A stretch of DNA of 48,502 nucleotides from Candidatus Nanopelagicales bacterium (GCA_044232525.1 JBIIMD010000001.1:1-48502); one strand, 5' to 3'. Positions 1 through 9,696 are shown, counted from the first letter of the stretch. Notes: generated from the letters alone by a model not told the origin. Numbers and translations: made by a program.

Positions 1-1
1 T

Positions 2-1168
2 GGGGCCATTGCAGAGTCCGCGACCTTAGCTGTTGACGCCAAAGCTAAGGCATTAAAAGCCGCTGGTCGGCCAGTTATTGGCTTCGGGGCTGGTGAACCA
101 GATTTCCCAACTCCTGACTACATAGTCGAAGCGGCGGTTGCTGCGTGCCGCGATCCAAAGTGGCATCGCTATACCCCTGCCGGCGGATTGCCAGAACTAA
201 AGTCAGCAATCGCAGCAAAGACGCTTCGTGATTCTGGATTTGTAGTTGATCCAAATCAAGTTCTCATTACTAATGGTGGCAAGCAAGCCTTGTACAACGC
301 ATTTGCTGCATTGCTAGATCCAGGTGACGAAGTATTGCTTCCGGCTCCGTACTGGACAACTTATCCAGAATCAATTCGCTTAGCTGGTGGAATTCCAGTT
401 GAAATCATGACTGATGAATCAACTGGTTACCGCACTTCGATTGCGCAACTTGAAAAAGCAATTACTCCAAAGACCAAAGCATTGGTTTTTGTTTCCCCAA
501 GTAATCCAACCGGCGCGGTTTACTCTCCTGCTGAAGTAGAAGCTATCGGACAATGGGCAGTTGAAAAAGGTATCTGGGTTGTAACTGATGAAATCTACGA
601 ACACTTGGTTTACGGTGACGCCGAATTTTCTTCAATGCCAGTTTTGGTTCCTGAATTAGCCGATAAATGCATCATTGTGAATGGTGTTGCAAAAACTTAT
701 GCAATGACCGGTTGGCGTGTGGGTTGGATGATCGGACCTTACGACATCGTTAAGGCTGCAACAAACTTGCAGTCACATGCCACATCAAACGTTGCTAACG
801 TTTCACAGATTGCTGCGCTGGCAGCAGTATCGGGTGATCTTTCTGCAGTTGATGAAATGAAAATTGCATTTGATCGACGTCGTCAGCTAATTACCAAAAT
901 GCTCAATGAGATCGAAGGCGTTAATTGCCCAGAACCTGAGGGTGCGTTCTACGTCTATCCTTCCGTCAAAAACATTTTGGGTAGAGAGATTCGTGGCAAA
1001 GTTCCAACCACCTCTGCTGAACTTTCAGCATTGATTCTGGATGAAGTTGAAGTTGCAGTAGTACCTGGTGAAGCATTTGGAACTCCAGGTTACATTCGAC
1101 TTTCCTACGCTCTAGGTGATGACGACTTAATCGAAGGTATCTCTAGAGTTCAAGACTTACTTAAGTAG
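2..1168 (+). CDS. Class I PLP-dependent (aspartate-type) aminotransferase, 5'-truncated by the window edge
   Basis: The frame of the 188..1168 track ORF stays open back to nt 2 (...[25 protein letters not shown]...), so the true start lies upstream of the window. Family motifs are SPSNPTG, the PLP-lysine context [16 protein letters not shown], and C-terminal GYIRLSYA. Confidence 0.9.
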   Translation, partial: GAIAESATLAVDAKAKALKAAGRPVIGFGAGEPDFPTPDYIVEAAVAACRDPKWHRYTPAGGLPELKSAIAAKTLRDSGFVVDPNQVLITNGGKQALYNAFAALLDPGDEVLLPAPYWTTYPESIRLAGGIPVEIMTDESTGYRTSIAQLEKAITPKTKALVFVSPSNPTGAVYSPAEVEAIGQWAVEKGIWVVTDEIYEHLVYGDAEFSSMPVLVPELADKCIIVNGVAKTYAMTGWRVGWMIGPYDIVKAATNLQSHATSNVANVSQIAALAAVSGDLSAVDEMKIAFDRRRQLITKMLNEIEGVNCPEPEGAFYVYPSVKNILGREIRGKVPTTSAELSALILDEVEVAVVPGEAFGTPGYIRLSYALGDDDLIEGISRVQDLLK

Positions 1169-1174
1169 ATCTAG

Positions 1175-2404
1175 CTAAGCAACTCGCTTTAACAAGTTTC
1201 GTCGAGTCCTTGTAGTAGCAGATTGAGAACGACTTTTTGCTGCAAGATTCTGGAAGATCGGGCTTGCAATTGATTCAAATTCTTTTGTGATGGAATTCTT
1301 TGCATCAAGCTTTCCAACGAAAGTATTCTGCTCGAGCGCTTTGCGCAAAGTGTTGAAGTCATATTCAGTCTCAAAGATTGATTCAAGCCCAGTATGACGG
1401 GTTACTGCCGATCTAACATCCTTGCTTTGCGCTTGACTCGTTATGCCCCAAAGTAAAACGTGAACATCAGACTTTGCAAAAAGTTCATGCAGCTCAAGGT
1501 ATCCCCTAACAAGTCGAGCAATTCCTACGCTGTCAGCCCTGGCGCAAATAATTGTTATTTGAGCAGATTCAAGGGCAGTTAGTGCTGCTGCGTGTCGCCT
1601 TGGTATTGAAGTTTCATGCATCAGGCTGTGATCTATTTCTAATACGCCCCCTACATCAGAAATAACTACATCAAAGTGCGCTCTCGTCTTTTGCCACAAC
1701 TCTCTAAGTGCTGAAACTCTTAAGTCAGTCCAACGAGAAGTTCTTGGCAAACCAGCCACTAATGACAATCTCTCGGAAACTTCAGGGAGTAGACCTAGGT
1801 GATGCTGAATTGAAGAGTTTCTGCGCTCAACTGAGCGACATACTTCAAGTAAGCCACTTTGAATTGATTCAAGTCCCAGTTCTTGGTCAAGCGATGGGCC
1901 ATAAGTATCTGCCTCAACAATGCAAGTGAGTGCACCCATTTTTGAAAACTGCCAACCCAATTCCTTAACCGCCGTTGTTCTGCCACAAGACCCCCCAAAC
2001 CCAGCAACTGCAATATGGATGCCTTTCGGTTCTGGTTCCAAAACAGTGGATTGCGATTCCCCTCGGATCAATTCTGCAACTTTTTTTAGGCTGGCAAGAG
2101 GATTAGTGGGATCAAGTTCAATGCAGTGCTCTACTCCAAGATCATGCCAGCGATCAAAGTTACTTGTTATTGCAATCAACTGAATATCTCTTTCCAGAAG
2201 ATCTGCGAGCAAATCCTGGCTCACTCGAGGCGTGGCATCAGATACTAAAACTCCTTGGCATTCTGTTACTTGAATGGCTGCTCTAATGTCCACGCCATCA
2301 ACACATCGACGCTGTACACGTACTCCAAACATTGGGTGACCAAGTCCGCTGACAAATTGTGCTTCCCAGTCCACATGGCCAAGAGCTGCAATCACATTTT
2401 TCAC
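1175..2404 (-). CDS. TadZ/CpaE-like MinD/ParA-family protein with an N-terminal receiver-like domain and a degenerate Walker A
   Basis: 409 aa. The C-terminal half has the MinD/ParA layout: P-loop position AVAGFGGSCGRTTAV and Walker B-like FDVVISDVGG. The P-loop lacks both lysines of the deviant Walker A (KGGxGK[ST]). The roughly 125-aa N-terminal domain resembles the atypical receiver domain of TadZ. Its GTG start overlaps the upstream stop (GTGA). Confidence 0.6.
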   Translation of the reverse strand: MKNVIAALGHVDWEAQFVSGLGHPMFGVRVQRRCVDGVDIRAAIQVTECQGVLVSDATPRVSQDLLADLLERDIQLIAITSNFDRWHDLGVEHCIELDPTNPLASLKKVAELIRGESQSTVLEPEPKGIHIAVAGFGGSCGRTTAVKELGWQFSKMGALTCIVEADTYGPSLDQELGLESIQSGLLEVCRSVERRNSSIQHHLGLLPEVSERLSLVAGLPRTSRWTDLRVSALRELWQKTRAHFDVVISDVGGVLEIDHSLMHETSIPRRHAAALTALESAQITIICARADSVGIARLVRGYLELHELFAKSDVHVLLWGITSQAQSKDVRSAVTRHTGLESIFETEYDFNTLRKALEQNTFVGKLDAKNSITKEFESIASPIFQNLAAKSRSQSATTRTRRNLLKRVA

Positions 2405-3051
2405 AGCGAATTTCCATCTGCTGGTATCGCGACCAAGTCGATCAACCCATCTCGCATCGCTTGGACAAGCACTTGAACTTGGTCTTGTGATATTTGCACA
2501 GTAACTGATGTGTCCATTCCCGAATCAATGAATTCGGGCGCAGCAGCAACAACTGCGTTGGGAATTATCAAAGTTGCTGGACCTGGCAGTTCAACGCCAT
2601 CAAGGCTTGGAGTCATCCAAACATCGACTTTTTCACCAGGACTAACTTTCGGTAGATGTCCAGCACGTATTGGAACGCTGACCGAGCGAGCATCTGCGCT
2701 GAAGCTGCTAGAAATTGAATTCGTGTTCATTAAGTCGCCCACATACAGATCTCGGCTAGCAACTTTTCCAATGACGTCAGTAGGAACAGAAATCAAGTTT
2801 TGTACACCTGGCACCGATACTTGAACTGGACTAACGTCTCCTTCTCGAATTTGAGCTCCTTGAGCAATGTTTGTATTTAGAGTTACCGCTGGTACTCGAG
2901 TCGAAGCTTTAGCAATCACTAATTGTCCGATCACCATTGCCCCAAGAACAAGGATGATTCCAAGCCAGAGACGCGGATCCTGTGTTTTGCGATTTGATTG
3001 CACAGATGATTTGCGTTCGGTATTTTGCCCAACGCGGATTGGAATTGCCAT
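2401..3051 (-). CDS. SAF-domain / CpaB(RcpC)-like membrane-anchored protein
   Basis: It has an N-terminal TM segment (LWLGIILVLGAMVIGQLVI) followed by a SAF-like segment (IAQGAQIREGDVSPVQV) and a beta-rich C-terminus, the usual CpaB layout. It is translationally coupled to the TadZ-like gene. I prefer the ATG at 3051 (GGGGGAA 4 nt upstream) over the track TTG at 3075. Confidence 0.6.
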   Translation of the reverse strand: MAIPIRVGQNTERKSSVQSNRKTQDPRLWLGIILVLGAMVIGQLVIAKASTRVPAVTLNTNIAQGAQIREGDVSPVQVSVPGVQNLISVPTDVIGKVASRDLYVGDLMNTNSISSSFSADARSVSVPIRAGHLPKVSPGEKVDVWMTPSLDGVELPGPATLIIPNAVVAAAPEFIDSGMDTSVTVQISQDQVQVLVQAMRDGLIDLVAIPADGNSL

Positions 3052-3167
3052 AAAGTTCCCCCAAACTTTCTCCAATCGTCACATAGATCGCACTCCCTAA
3101 CACTTCGACTTTTGGAAACTGTGGAAAACTTCTTTATAGCTTTTTAAAGACAAGTCATCATTGAGTT

Positions 3168-3377
3168 ATGGCTGCAAGATTTTTAACACTAAGCGACGTT
3201 GCTGAACTACTGAACATTGCACCAGCGCAGGTCTACACGCTGGTTCGCACGGGAGAATTGTCTGCGATCAAGATTGGTGCACGCGGACAATGGCGAGTTG
3301 AAGACAAAGCCTTGGAAAATTACATCGAGCAACTGTATTCTTCAACTGCAGAGTTTGTGGCCCGAAATCCTCGATAG
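3168..3377 (+). CDS. Small excisionase-family (HTH_17 / MerR-like) DNA-binding protein
   Basis: 69 aa. The pattern LTLSDVAELLNIAPAQVYTLVRTGELSAIKIGARGQWRVEDKALENYI matches the excisionase-type helix-turn-helix pattern. Confidence 0.75.
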   Translation: MAARFLTLSDVAELLNIAPAQVYTLVRTGELSAIKIGARGQWRVEDKALENYIEQLYSSTAEFVARNPR

Positions 3378-3382
3378 CTACA

Positions 3383-3940
3383 TCAGTCAGAGTTAGACAT
3401 TCTGCTGGCAACGATCGACTGTTTTGGAATCGTTAGAACTCTTGAATTCACTTGTATTTCTAACGAATCAAATCCGATTTGCGTGCAAAAGCCTTCGATG
3501 ACCTGGTCTCCACGTAGATACCAGGCACATGTCTTTTTCTGATCTGCCAGATCATGAAACCAAACATTATCTAGCCAATTGATTGCATCTGGCACTGCAG
3601 ATTTTTGTGAAAGCGAATTAAGTCCCGACACAGCAGATACAAAATTGAAGTTGACAAGAAATTGGGTTGTTGAATTCTCCATAATCAAAAACGGGTCTGC
3701 TAGATGTGTTAATTCACCAGTCACTATCGGCAAATGGGAATGAGCCAGTCGAATTTCAATTCTGCCCTTGGTATTTCTCAGTCGTTCTAGCCAAGAAATG
3801 TGGGCTTGCTCAAATCGAACGGTTTCCAAGACTTCATAAGCAAGATCTAAGCGTTCCTCTGACTCCAATTCTTGTTCAGCTTGAATCAAGACCTTATTTA
3901 GCTCAGCTATTAAAGCTGGCTCGAATTCGTCAGATTCCAT
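3383..3940 (-). CDS. Hypothetical protein (acidic helical N-terminus, beta-rich C-terminal half)
   Basis: The 185-aa ORF has an ATG start and no competing ORF. By eye there is a possible internal duplication of a roughly 40-aa motif (PIVTGELTHLADPFLIM... versus QVIEGFCTQIGFDSLEIQ...). I recognise no family. Confidence 0.5.
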   Translation of the reverse strand: MESDEFEPALIAELNKVLIQAEQELESEERLDLAYEVLETVRFEQAHISWLERLRNTKGRIEIRLAHSHLPIVTGELTHLADPFLIMENSTTQFLVNFNFVSAVSGLNSLSQKSAVPDAINWLDNVWFHDLADQKKTCAWYLRGDQVIEGFCTQIGFDSLEIQVNSRVLTIPKQSIVASRMSNSD

Positions 3941-3989
3941 GTCGATATTCCATCTGATTTGAGCTCTGATCGACTTGTGAAACCTCTTT

Positions 3990-4019
3990 CTGTGGATAAC
4001 TAAAAGTAGATATCCACAG
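3990..4019. promoter_or_regulatory. Perfect 9-bp inverted repeat CTGTGGATA-N12-TATCCACAG, a candidate operator that resembles DnaA boxes
   Basis: Read directly from the sequence. TGTGGATAA (3991-3999) is the reverse complement of the E. coli-type DnaA box TTATCCACA, and ATATCCACA (4010-4018) matches it at 8 of 9 positions. The repeat lies in the 236-bp divergent region between 3383..3940 (-) and 4177..4707 (+). Confidence 0.3.
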
Positions 4020-4044
4020 ATTTACCTGAGTTCAGCTGCAGGTA

Positions 4045-4073
4045 TTGACAGTCAATCAAAGAGAAAATAGAAA
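4045..4073 (+). promoter_or_regulatory. Candidate sigma-70-type promoter for the Rv3235-like gene
   Basis: TTGACA (4045-4050), a 17-nt spacer, then TAGAAA (4068-4073). This would give a 5' UTR of roughly 95 nt. It is sequence resemblance only. Confidence 0.3.
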
Positions 4074-4176
4074 GTTTGTACTGGTGTTTTTGGGGGAATA
4101 AAAACATCAATCAGCACCTGCAGGCACATGCAAGGTTTGCCAGTGCTGGAATTGCTAAACGTTTCGGGGGGAAACA

Positions 4177-4707
4177 ATGAATGCAATTATCTACGCGCTA
4201 CCAGCGCCAAGTATGCGCCAATACCAACCTGGCAACATTATTAATTTGCCAGTTCGAACTAAGCACGGATTGCAAGAAACTTTGCCATTCGAATGGCCAA
4301 CAGATGGTTCGAATGCGATCAAGTATGTGCCACCACGAATGGCCGAAAACCGACTAGACAGTTTTGATCCACAAGCAACCGCCAGAGTTGATCTTCCTTC
4401 TGCTCGGCAGTGGTCAATGCGTTTAGTTCATGCGTTAGTTGAAGTAGTTAATGGCTCCAGGCCAGCAGCTCAACTAAACAGGTGGATTACGCCAGAAGTT
4501 ATGAGCCAACTACAGAGCCAAATTGCTAAGAACAAAATGCCACGACTAGGTGTTCGCAGCATCCATGTCCATGAGACCGATGATGGCGTAGCCGAAGTTA
4601 GTTCTGTATTTGGGACACCTAATCGTTCGTTTGCACTAGCCCTGAGACTCGAGGGTTTGGATGGTAGATGGCGAGCTACAAGTTTGATGTGGGCACTGCC
4701 GGAATGA
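4177..4707 (+). CDS. Rv3235-family protein of unknown function
   Basis: 176 aa with a strong SD (GGGGGGAAACA then ATG). The central block WSMRLVHALVEVVNGSRPAAQLNRWITPEV resembles the conserved core of the actinobacterial Rv3235 family. The position next to secA matches M. tuberculosis. Confidence 0.6.
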   Translation: MNAIIYALPAPSMRQYQPGNIINLPVRTKHGLQETLPFEWPTDGSNAIKYVPPRMAENRLDSFDPQATARVDLPSARQWSMRLVHALVEVVNGSRPAAQLNRWITPEVMSQLQSQIAKNKMPRLGVRSIHVHETDDGVAEVSSVFGTPNRSFALALRLEGLDGRWRATSLMWALPE

Positions 4708-4748
4708 TTTCGGCAGCATAAGTATTGCCGGAATGATTTCGGCAGTGC
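4693..4748. terminator. Hairpin-forming tandem repeat between convergent genes, a probable bidirectional terminator
   Basis: The 20-nt unit TGCCGGAATGATTTCGGCAG occurs twice (4697-4716 and 4726-4745). Each copy can fold on its own (CTGCCG/CGGCAG). The outer 10-bp arms GGCACTGCCG (4692-4701) and CGGCAGTGCC (4740-4749) can also pair. The element sits between the stop at 4705-4707 and the secA stop at 4757. Confidence 0.5.
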
Positions 4749-4756
4749 CTACTCAG

Positions 4757-7477
4757 CTAGTTAGCTGCTCCATGGCACTTCTTGAACTTGCTGCCTGATC
4801 CACATGGGCAAGGTTCGTTACGTCCCACGTTTGCATATGCATCATTTGAAACTGAGGTGGTTCTAACTTCACCAGTTTCACTTGGGCCCGAGTACTGAAG
4901 GGCCGCTACTGATTTCGGTGTGATCAAACCTTTAGTTTCCAGCTCGATGCCTTCATCGGCTCTATCACTGTGCACATGTGGTGTAACGGTAACTTCCGCA
5001 TTGAACATATATCCGACAGATTCTTCCTTGATAGCTTCCATCATGGCAACGAAAAGATCAAAGCCTTCGCGCTGGTATTCAACGAGAGGATCTCGTTGTG
5101 CCATTGCTCTCAGTCCAATTCCTTCTTGCAAATAATCCATCTCATACAAATGCTCGCGCCACTTGCGATCTAGAACCGAAAGAATCACTCGACGTTCAAG
5201 TTCACGCATCACTGGCGGCTGCAGCTCGGCTTCGCGAGCCAAGTAAGCCCGATTGATATCTTCTTGCAAAGTAACGGTCATAAATTCCGCAGACAGGTCT
5301 GTCACATCACCGCCAGCTACCTTAATCATTTCATCGATCGAAATCCCAATTGGATAAAGTGCCGACAACGCTTTCCATAGTTCTTGCAAGTCCCAATCTT
5401 CTGGGAAACCTTCCGCAGTTTCCGCTGCAACATATGCTGCGATGGTGTCATTCATGAAGGTTTTGATCTGCTCTTGAATATCCTCACCGTCTAGCACTCG
5501 GGAACGTTCACCGTATACAACTTGACGCTGACGGTTCATGACTTCGTCGTACTTCAAAACATTCTTACGGATTTCAAAGTTCTGTGCTTCAACCTGAGTC
5601 TGTGCTGATCGAATTGAGTTTGTCACCATCTTGGCTTCGATTGGCACATCATCTGGCACATTAAAGCGCTGTAAGAACGAATTAACCATGTCGCCCTTGA
5701 AAAGACGCATCAAGTCATCTTCGAGCGACAAATAGAAACGGGTTTCGCCTGGATCACCCTGACGTCCAGAGCGTCCTCTCAACTGATTATCGATGCGGCG
5801 GGATTCGTGACGTTCAGTTCCCAGAACATAAAGGCCACCGACTTCAACTACTTCATTGTGCTCGGATGCCACCGCTTCCTTTGCAGCCTCTAGTGCTGGT
5901 CCCCAAGCTGTCTCATATTCAGAAGGGTTTTCTACCGGATCAAGGCCACGACGCTCAAGTTCCTGAGTCGCTCGAAATTCTGGATTCCCACCCAGCATGA
6001 TGTCAGTACCACGGCCAGCCATGTTCGTTGCAACAGTAACTGCGCCCTTACGACCCGCTTCAGCAATAATGCTCGCCTCTCGATCATGCTGCTTGGCATT
6101 CAGTACCTCGTGCGCAATTCCAGTGCGAGTTAAGTACTTTGAAACTAGCTCGCTCTTCTCGACGCTGGTTGTTCCAACTAGAACTGGCTGACCCGCGCGG
6201 TGCTTTTCTTCGATGTCAGCAATAACAGCCTTCAACTTTGCATCTTCGGTACGGTAGACCAAGTCTGATTGATCAACACGTTGCACTGGACGGTTAGCTG
6301 GAATTGGAACCACGCCAAGTTTGTAGATTTGTTGGAATTCTGAAGCCTCGGTCATCGCAGTACCTGTCATACCCGAAAGCTTCTCGTACATGCGGAAGTA
6401 GTTCTGGATAGTAATTGTTGCCAACGTTTGATTCTCGTTCTGAATCTCTACGCCTTCTTTGGCTTCAATTGCTTGGTGCATTCCATCGTTGTACCGACGT
6501 CCTGCCAAAATTCGTCCAGTATGTTCGTCAACGATCAAAACTTCGCCATCCATGACAACGTAATCTTTATCTTTTTTGAATAATGCGAGAGCCTTGATTG
6601 CGTTATTCAAGTAACCAACTAATTGGGTGTTTTCTGATTCATAGAGATTTTCAATACCTAACCAGTTCTCAACTTTCTCGACACCTGGTTCCAAAATTCC
6701 AATCGTGCGCTTCTTTTCATTTACTTCATAATCGCTTCCCGAAGTTAATCTCGGCACTAAACGAGCAAACTCTGCGTACCACTTGGTTGCTACGTCCGCT
6801 GGTCCACTAATCAAAAGTGGGGTGCGAGCTTCATCTATCAAGATCGAGTCAACTTCATCGACAATTGCAAAATTGTAATCACGTTGAACTCGGTCTGAAG
6901 GATTTAGTGTCATGTTGTCGCGAAGGTAATCAAAACCAAATTCGTTATTGGTGCCATAAGTAATATCAGCGTCGTATGCTAAGCGACGTTGCTCTGGATC
7001 CATGTGGGAAAGAATGGTTCCGACTTCCAGTCCTAAGAAGCGATGCACGCGACCCATCCACTGCGCATCTCGGGCAGCTAGGTAGTCGTTCACGGTTACG
7101 ATGTGGACGCCACGGCCGGACAAAGCATTCAAGTAGGCAGGCAAAGTTGAAACCAAGGTCTTACCTTCACCAGTTCGCATTTCTGCAATATTTCCTAAGT
7201 GAAGTGCTGCGCCACCCATTAGTTGAACGTCATAGTGTCGTTGGCCAAGGGTGCGCTTGCTTGCTTCGCGAACCGCTGCGAATGCCTCTGGCAATAAGTC
7301 GTCAAGCTCTTCACCATTTGAAATTCGAAGTTTAAAGTCTGCGGTTAGTCCACGTAATTCTTCATCAGACATAGCAAGATAATGTTCTTCTAACGTGTTC
7401 ACCTGAGCTGCAAGTGACTCCAAGGTTCGCAGAATTTTTCCTTCGCCAGCACGAAGAATTTTGTCCAGAACGCTCAC
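4757..7477 (-). CDS. secA: Preprotein translocase ATPase SecA
   Basis: It has a full-length SecA architecture, including MRTGEGKT (Walker A) and the C-terminal zinc motif [14 protein letters not shown]. The track start is a TTG at 7531. I prefer the GTG at 7477 (AAGGA 7 nt upstream), which gives the typical N-terminus [14 protein letters not shown]. Confidence 0.97.
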   Translation of the reverse strand: MSVLDKILRAGEGKILRTLESLAAQVNTLEEHYLAMSDEELRGLTADFKLRISNGEELDDLLPEAFAAVREASKRTLGQRHYDVQLMGGAALHLGNIAEMRTGEGKTLVSTLPAYLNALSGRGVHIVTVNDYLAARDAQWMGRVHRFLGLEVGTILSHMDPEQRRLAYDADITYGTNNEFGFDYLRDNMTLNPSDRVQRDYNFAIVDEVDSILIDEARTPLLISGPADVATKWYAEFARLVPRLTSGSDYEVNEKKRTIGILEPGVEKVENWLGIENLYESENTQLVGYLNNAIKALALFKKDKDYVVMDGEVLIVDEHTGRILAGRRYNDGMHQAIEAKEGVEIQNENQTLATITIQNYFRMYEKLSGMTGTAMTEASEFQQIYKLGVVPIPANRPVQRVDQSDLVYRTEDAKLKAVIADIEEKHRAGQPVLVGTTSVEKSELVSKYLTRTGIAHEVLNAKQHDREASIIAEAGRKGAVTVATNMAGRGTDIMLGGNPEFRATQELERRGLDPVENPSEYETAWGPALEAAKEAVASEHNEVVEVGGLYVLGTERHESRRIDNQLRGRSGRQGDPGETRFYLSLEDDLMRLFKGDMVNSFLQRFNVPDDVPIEAKMVTNSIRSAQTQVEAQNFEIRKNVLKYDEVMNRQRQVVYGERSRVLDGEDIQEQIKTFMNDTIAAYVAAETAEGFPEDWDLQELWKALSALYPIGISIDEMIKVAGGDVTDLSAEFMTVTLQEDINRAYLAREAELQPPVMRELERRVILSVLDRKWREHLYEMDYLQEGIGLRAMAQRDPLVEYQREGFDLFVAMMEAIKEESVGYMFNAEVTVTPHVHSDRADEGIELETKGLITPKSVAALQYSGPSETGEVRTTSVSNDAYANVGRNEPCPCGSGSKFKKCHGAAN

Positions 7478-7701
7478 AGGTAAGTCCTTGCTCTTGTTAA
7501 ATCGGAATATTGTTGGAAGAATTTCTAACAATGGGTTAATGGTAGGTCAAGATTACCGTTCCTCTGAAATCGTTTAAATACGTTTCAAAACAGGCCAAAA
7601 AGTAGACGAGTAGAGCCGAAATACCTGAATCACAAGGCTCGCATGCTACTTTTAAATGAAGGCGGTTTCGGCGCACTTCCCTGCAGCGCTGAGTAAATAA
7701 C

Positions 7702-9696
7702 ATGCATTTGCGACGTATTAGAACCAACATTGGGTTTTTGATGTCCATGATCATGCTTGCTGGCGTCTTTTCCTCCCCAGCAAGAGCTGCTAATTCTGTT
7801 GCTTCTGTTCCAGCCTCATTTACCATTACTGGCTCGGGCTGGGGACATGGATTAGGAATGAGTCAGTACGGTGCATACGGAATGGCACTTGATGGCTTCA
7901 CTGCAGAGCAAATTATTTCTCATTATTACCGCGGAGCAAAAGCAGAGCTTGCCGAGACACCAACCAAGTTACGTGTTGGGCTTTTACAGGACAAAAAGTT
8001 TGTCGCACTGCAAGGTGAAAAGCATCCTGATAAGAGTGCCGGTGGAGAATTAACACTCTGGGTTGATGGAGTGAAGCAGACCAATATTGTCGCAGCAAAT
8101 ACACCAATAATCTTTGAAACTGTTTTGGTAGGTAAAGGAGCTGAAACAAAAGCTAGCGTTTCCGGTAAAGCTATCGCACAAGGTTCAAAACTTCTGATTA
8201 GTTGGAGTAACACCAAGTCTCTTATAAATCTAAGTTCGGGCACCTCGGCAAAAACAGCACTCAGTGGACTAGGAACCGATTCCTGCACCATGAACAAGTG
8301 TCCACATAGATATCGTTACGGCAATTTAGAGATCACATCGTCTTCTATCGGTGCTGGAGATAGCACCATTGACTTGAATGTAGTAAACACTTTGCGACTT
8401 TCCGATCAATATCTTTATGGATTAGGGGAAATGCCGTCTTCTTGGCACCTAGAAGCTTTGAAGACCCAGGTGATTGCCGCCCGTTCTTTCGCATTGATAA
8501 AGTCTCGCTCAATCCAGTCATATTGTGATTGCAACCTGGACACAACCGATGGCTCGCAGGTTTTTTCTGGGTTCAGTAAAGAGTTCTCAGCATTTGGAGA
8601 CAAATGGGTCCAGGCTGTGATCGAAACTGTTGGGAAATCAGGTAGCACTGCCGCAGAGCGAGCTAGATCAGGTTTAGTAATAAAGAATGATAAAGAAATA
8701 ATTGCCGGTTACTATTCATCATCTACAGGCGGTAAAACACAACCGCGCTCCGAAGTATGGGGAACCGGAACTATTTCTTGGCTCGTCAGCGTTGATGACA
8801 AATGGTCACAAGATCCAAGAGTTAGAAATCCAAATGCTAATTGGGTTGACACAATTTCACAAGAGGCGTTGTTAAAGAATCTAAAATCCAAAAATTTAGA
8901 CATACCTGATGTTGCCGCCCTAGAAGTTAGCAAAAGGTTTGACAGCGGTGGTGTAAGTGAGCTGACACTGCGAGACTCTGCCGGAAACATTTACTTGGTA
9001 AAGGTTGGACCAGGGAAAGATATATCGCCCGATGCATTACGCGGAATGCTTGACGTCAAGTCCACCTACATTTCCAGTATTGCTCCCGTTTCAGCAACAA
9101 CCCCTGGATCGGTTCAAGCTGAGGTACGTTCTCTTGAGTCTGTAGCCCGAATTAACTGGCCAAGTAAATCAATTAAGCCTTCCGATTACAACTTCACAGG
9201 AATAGTCTCGCCAATTCAACTTGGTGCCAAAGTAAAACTCCAACGAAAGTCTGGTGGAAAGTGGAAGACCATTTCTACCACTTTAACTGATGACAAAGGT
9301 GCGTGGTCAATTCTTTGGAGTGGTCCGCGCGCTGGAAAGCATGATCTACGAATCACTGCATCCAATTCGAAGGGCACCATCAGGACCAAATCCAAGCGTA
9401 TAACCATGGCCGGTGCGCTAGGAATTACTACGCCAAAATCAGCAAAGCGTAATTCTTCATTTATAGTCTCTGGAAAAGTGAGTCCTGAACATAAGGGCGT
9501 CAAGGTAATCTTGCAACGCAAAATCGGCAACGGTCCTTGGAGAACTGTTGCGCGCTTGGAAACTGATGCAGAAGGTAAATGGTCAAGCCGTCGTTACACA
9601 GGCTCAACAAAGTCAACAGTTTCCTATCGTGTAAAAACCACAGATTCTCGGATTGGGAAATTAACCTCTAAGGTCAAATCGGCGAAAGTTAAGTAG
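7702..9696 (+). CDS. Secreted SpoIID/LytB-domain protein with two tandem C-terminal repeat modules
   Basis: The signal peptide is MHLRRIRTNIGFLMSMIMLAGVFSSPARA/AN. The SpoIID signature is GSGWGHGLGMSQYGAYGMA. Two modules of roughly 88 aa at about 9187-9450 and 9451-9693 share (V)K(V/L)xLQRKxGxxWxT(V/I)...D(D/A)xGxWS. Confidence 0.85.
   Translation: MHLRRIRTNIGFLMSMIMLAGVFSSPARAANSVASVPASFTITGSGWGHGLGMSQYGAYGMALDGFTAEQIISHYYRGAKAELAETPTKLRVGLLQDKKFVALQGEKHPDKSAGGELTLWVDGVKQTNIVAANTPIIFETVLVGKGAETKASVSGKAIAQGSKLLISWSNTKSLINLSSGTSAKTALSGLGTDSCTMNKCPHRYRYGNLEITSSSIGAGDSTIDLNVVNTLRLSDQYLYGLGEMPSSWHLEALKTQVIAARSFALIKSRSIQSYCDCNLDTTDGSQVFSGFSKEFSAFGDKWVQAVIETVGKSGSTAAERARSGLVIKNDKEIIAGYYSSSTGGKTQPRSEVWGTGTISWLVSVDDKWSQDPRVRNPNANWVDTISQEALLKNLKSKNLDIPDVAALEVSKRFDSGGVSELTLRDSAGNIYLVKVGPGKDISPDALRGMLDVKSTYISSIAPVSATTPGSVQAEVRSLESVARINWPSKSIKPSDYNFTGIVSPIQLGAKVKLQRKSGGKWKTISTTLTDDKGAWSILWSGPRAGKHDLRITASNSKGTIRTKSKRITMAGALGITTPKSAKRNSSFIVSGKVSPEHKGVKVILQRKIGNGPWRTVARLETDAEGKWSSRRYTGSTKSTVSYRVKTTDSRIGKLTSKVKSAKVK

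Noticed and set aside
3990-4019. DnaA-box pair as a possible replication origin
   Set aside because: There are only two or three boxes and no AT-rich unwinding element or box cluster. The locus is not next to dnaA/dnaN. I kept it only as a candidate regulatory site.
6976-7335. 119-aa ORF on the + strand inside secA
   Set aside because: It is entirely antisense to a full-length, motif-complete secA. It has an Arg/Ser/Leu-rich shadow-frame composition and no SD.
7532-7701. Possible c-di-AMP (ydaO) or other riboswitch upstream of the SpoIID gene
   Set aside because: I looked for the conserved ACGGGGA/CCCG-type cores and the pseudo-symmetric helices and did not find them. Only short, unremarkable hairpins are present.
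7536-7826. 96-aa minus-strand ORF in the secA / SpoIID divergent region
   Set aside because: It overlaps the SpoIID signal-peptide codons, has no SD and has no recognisable family. The region is better explained as promoters and 5' UTRs.
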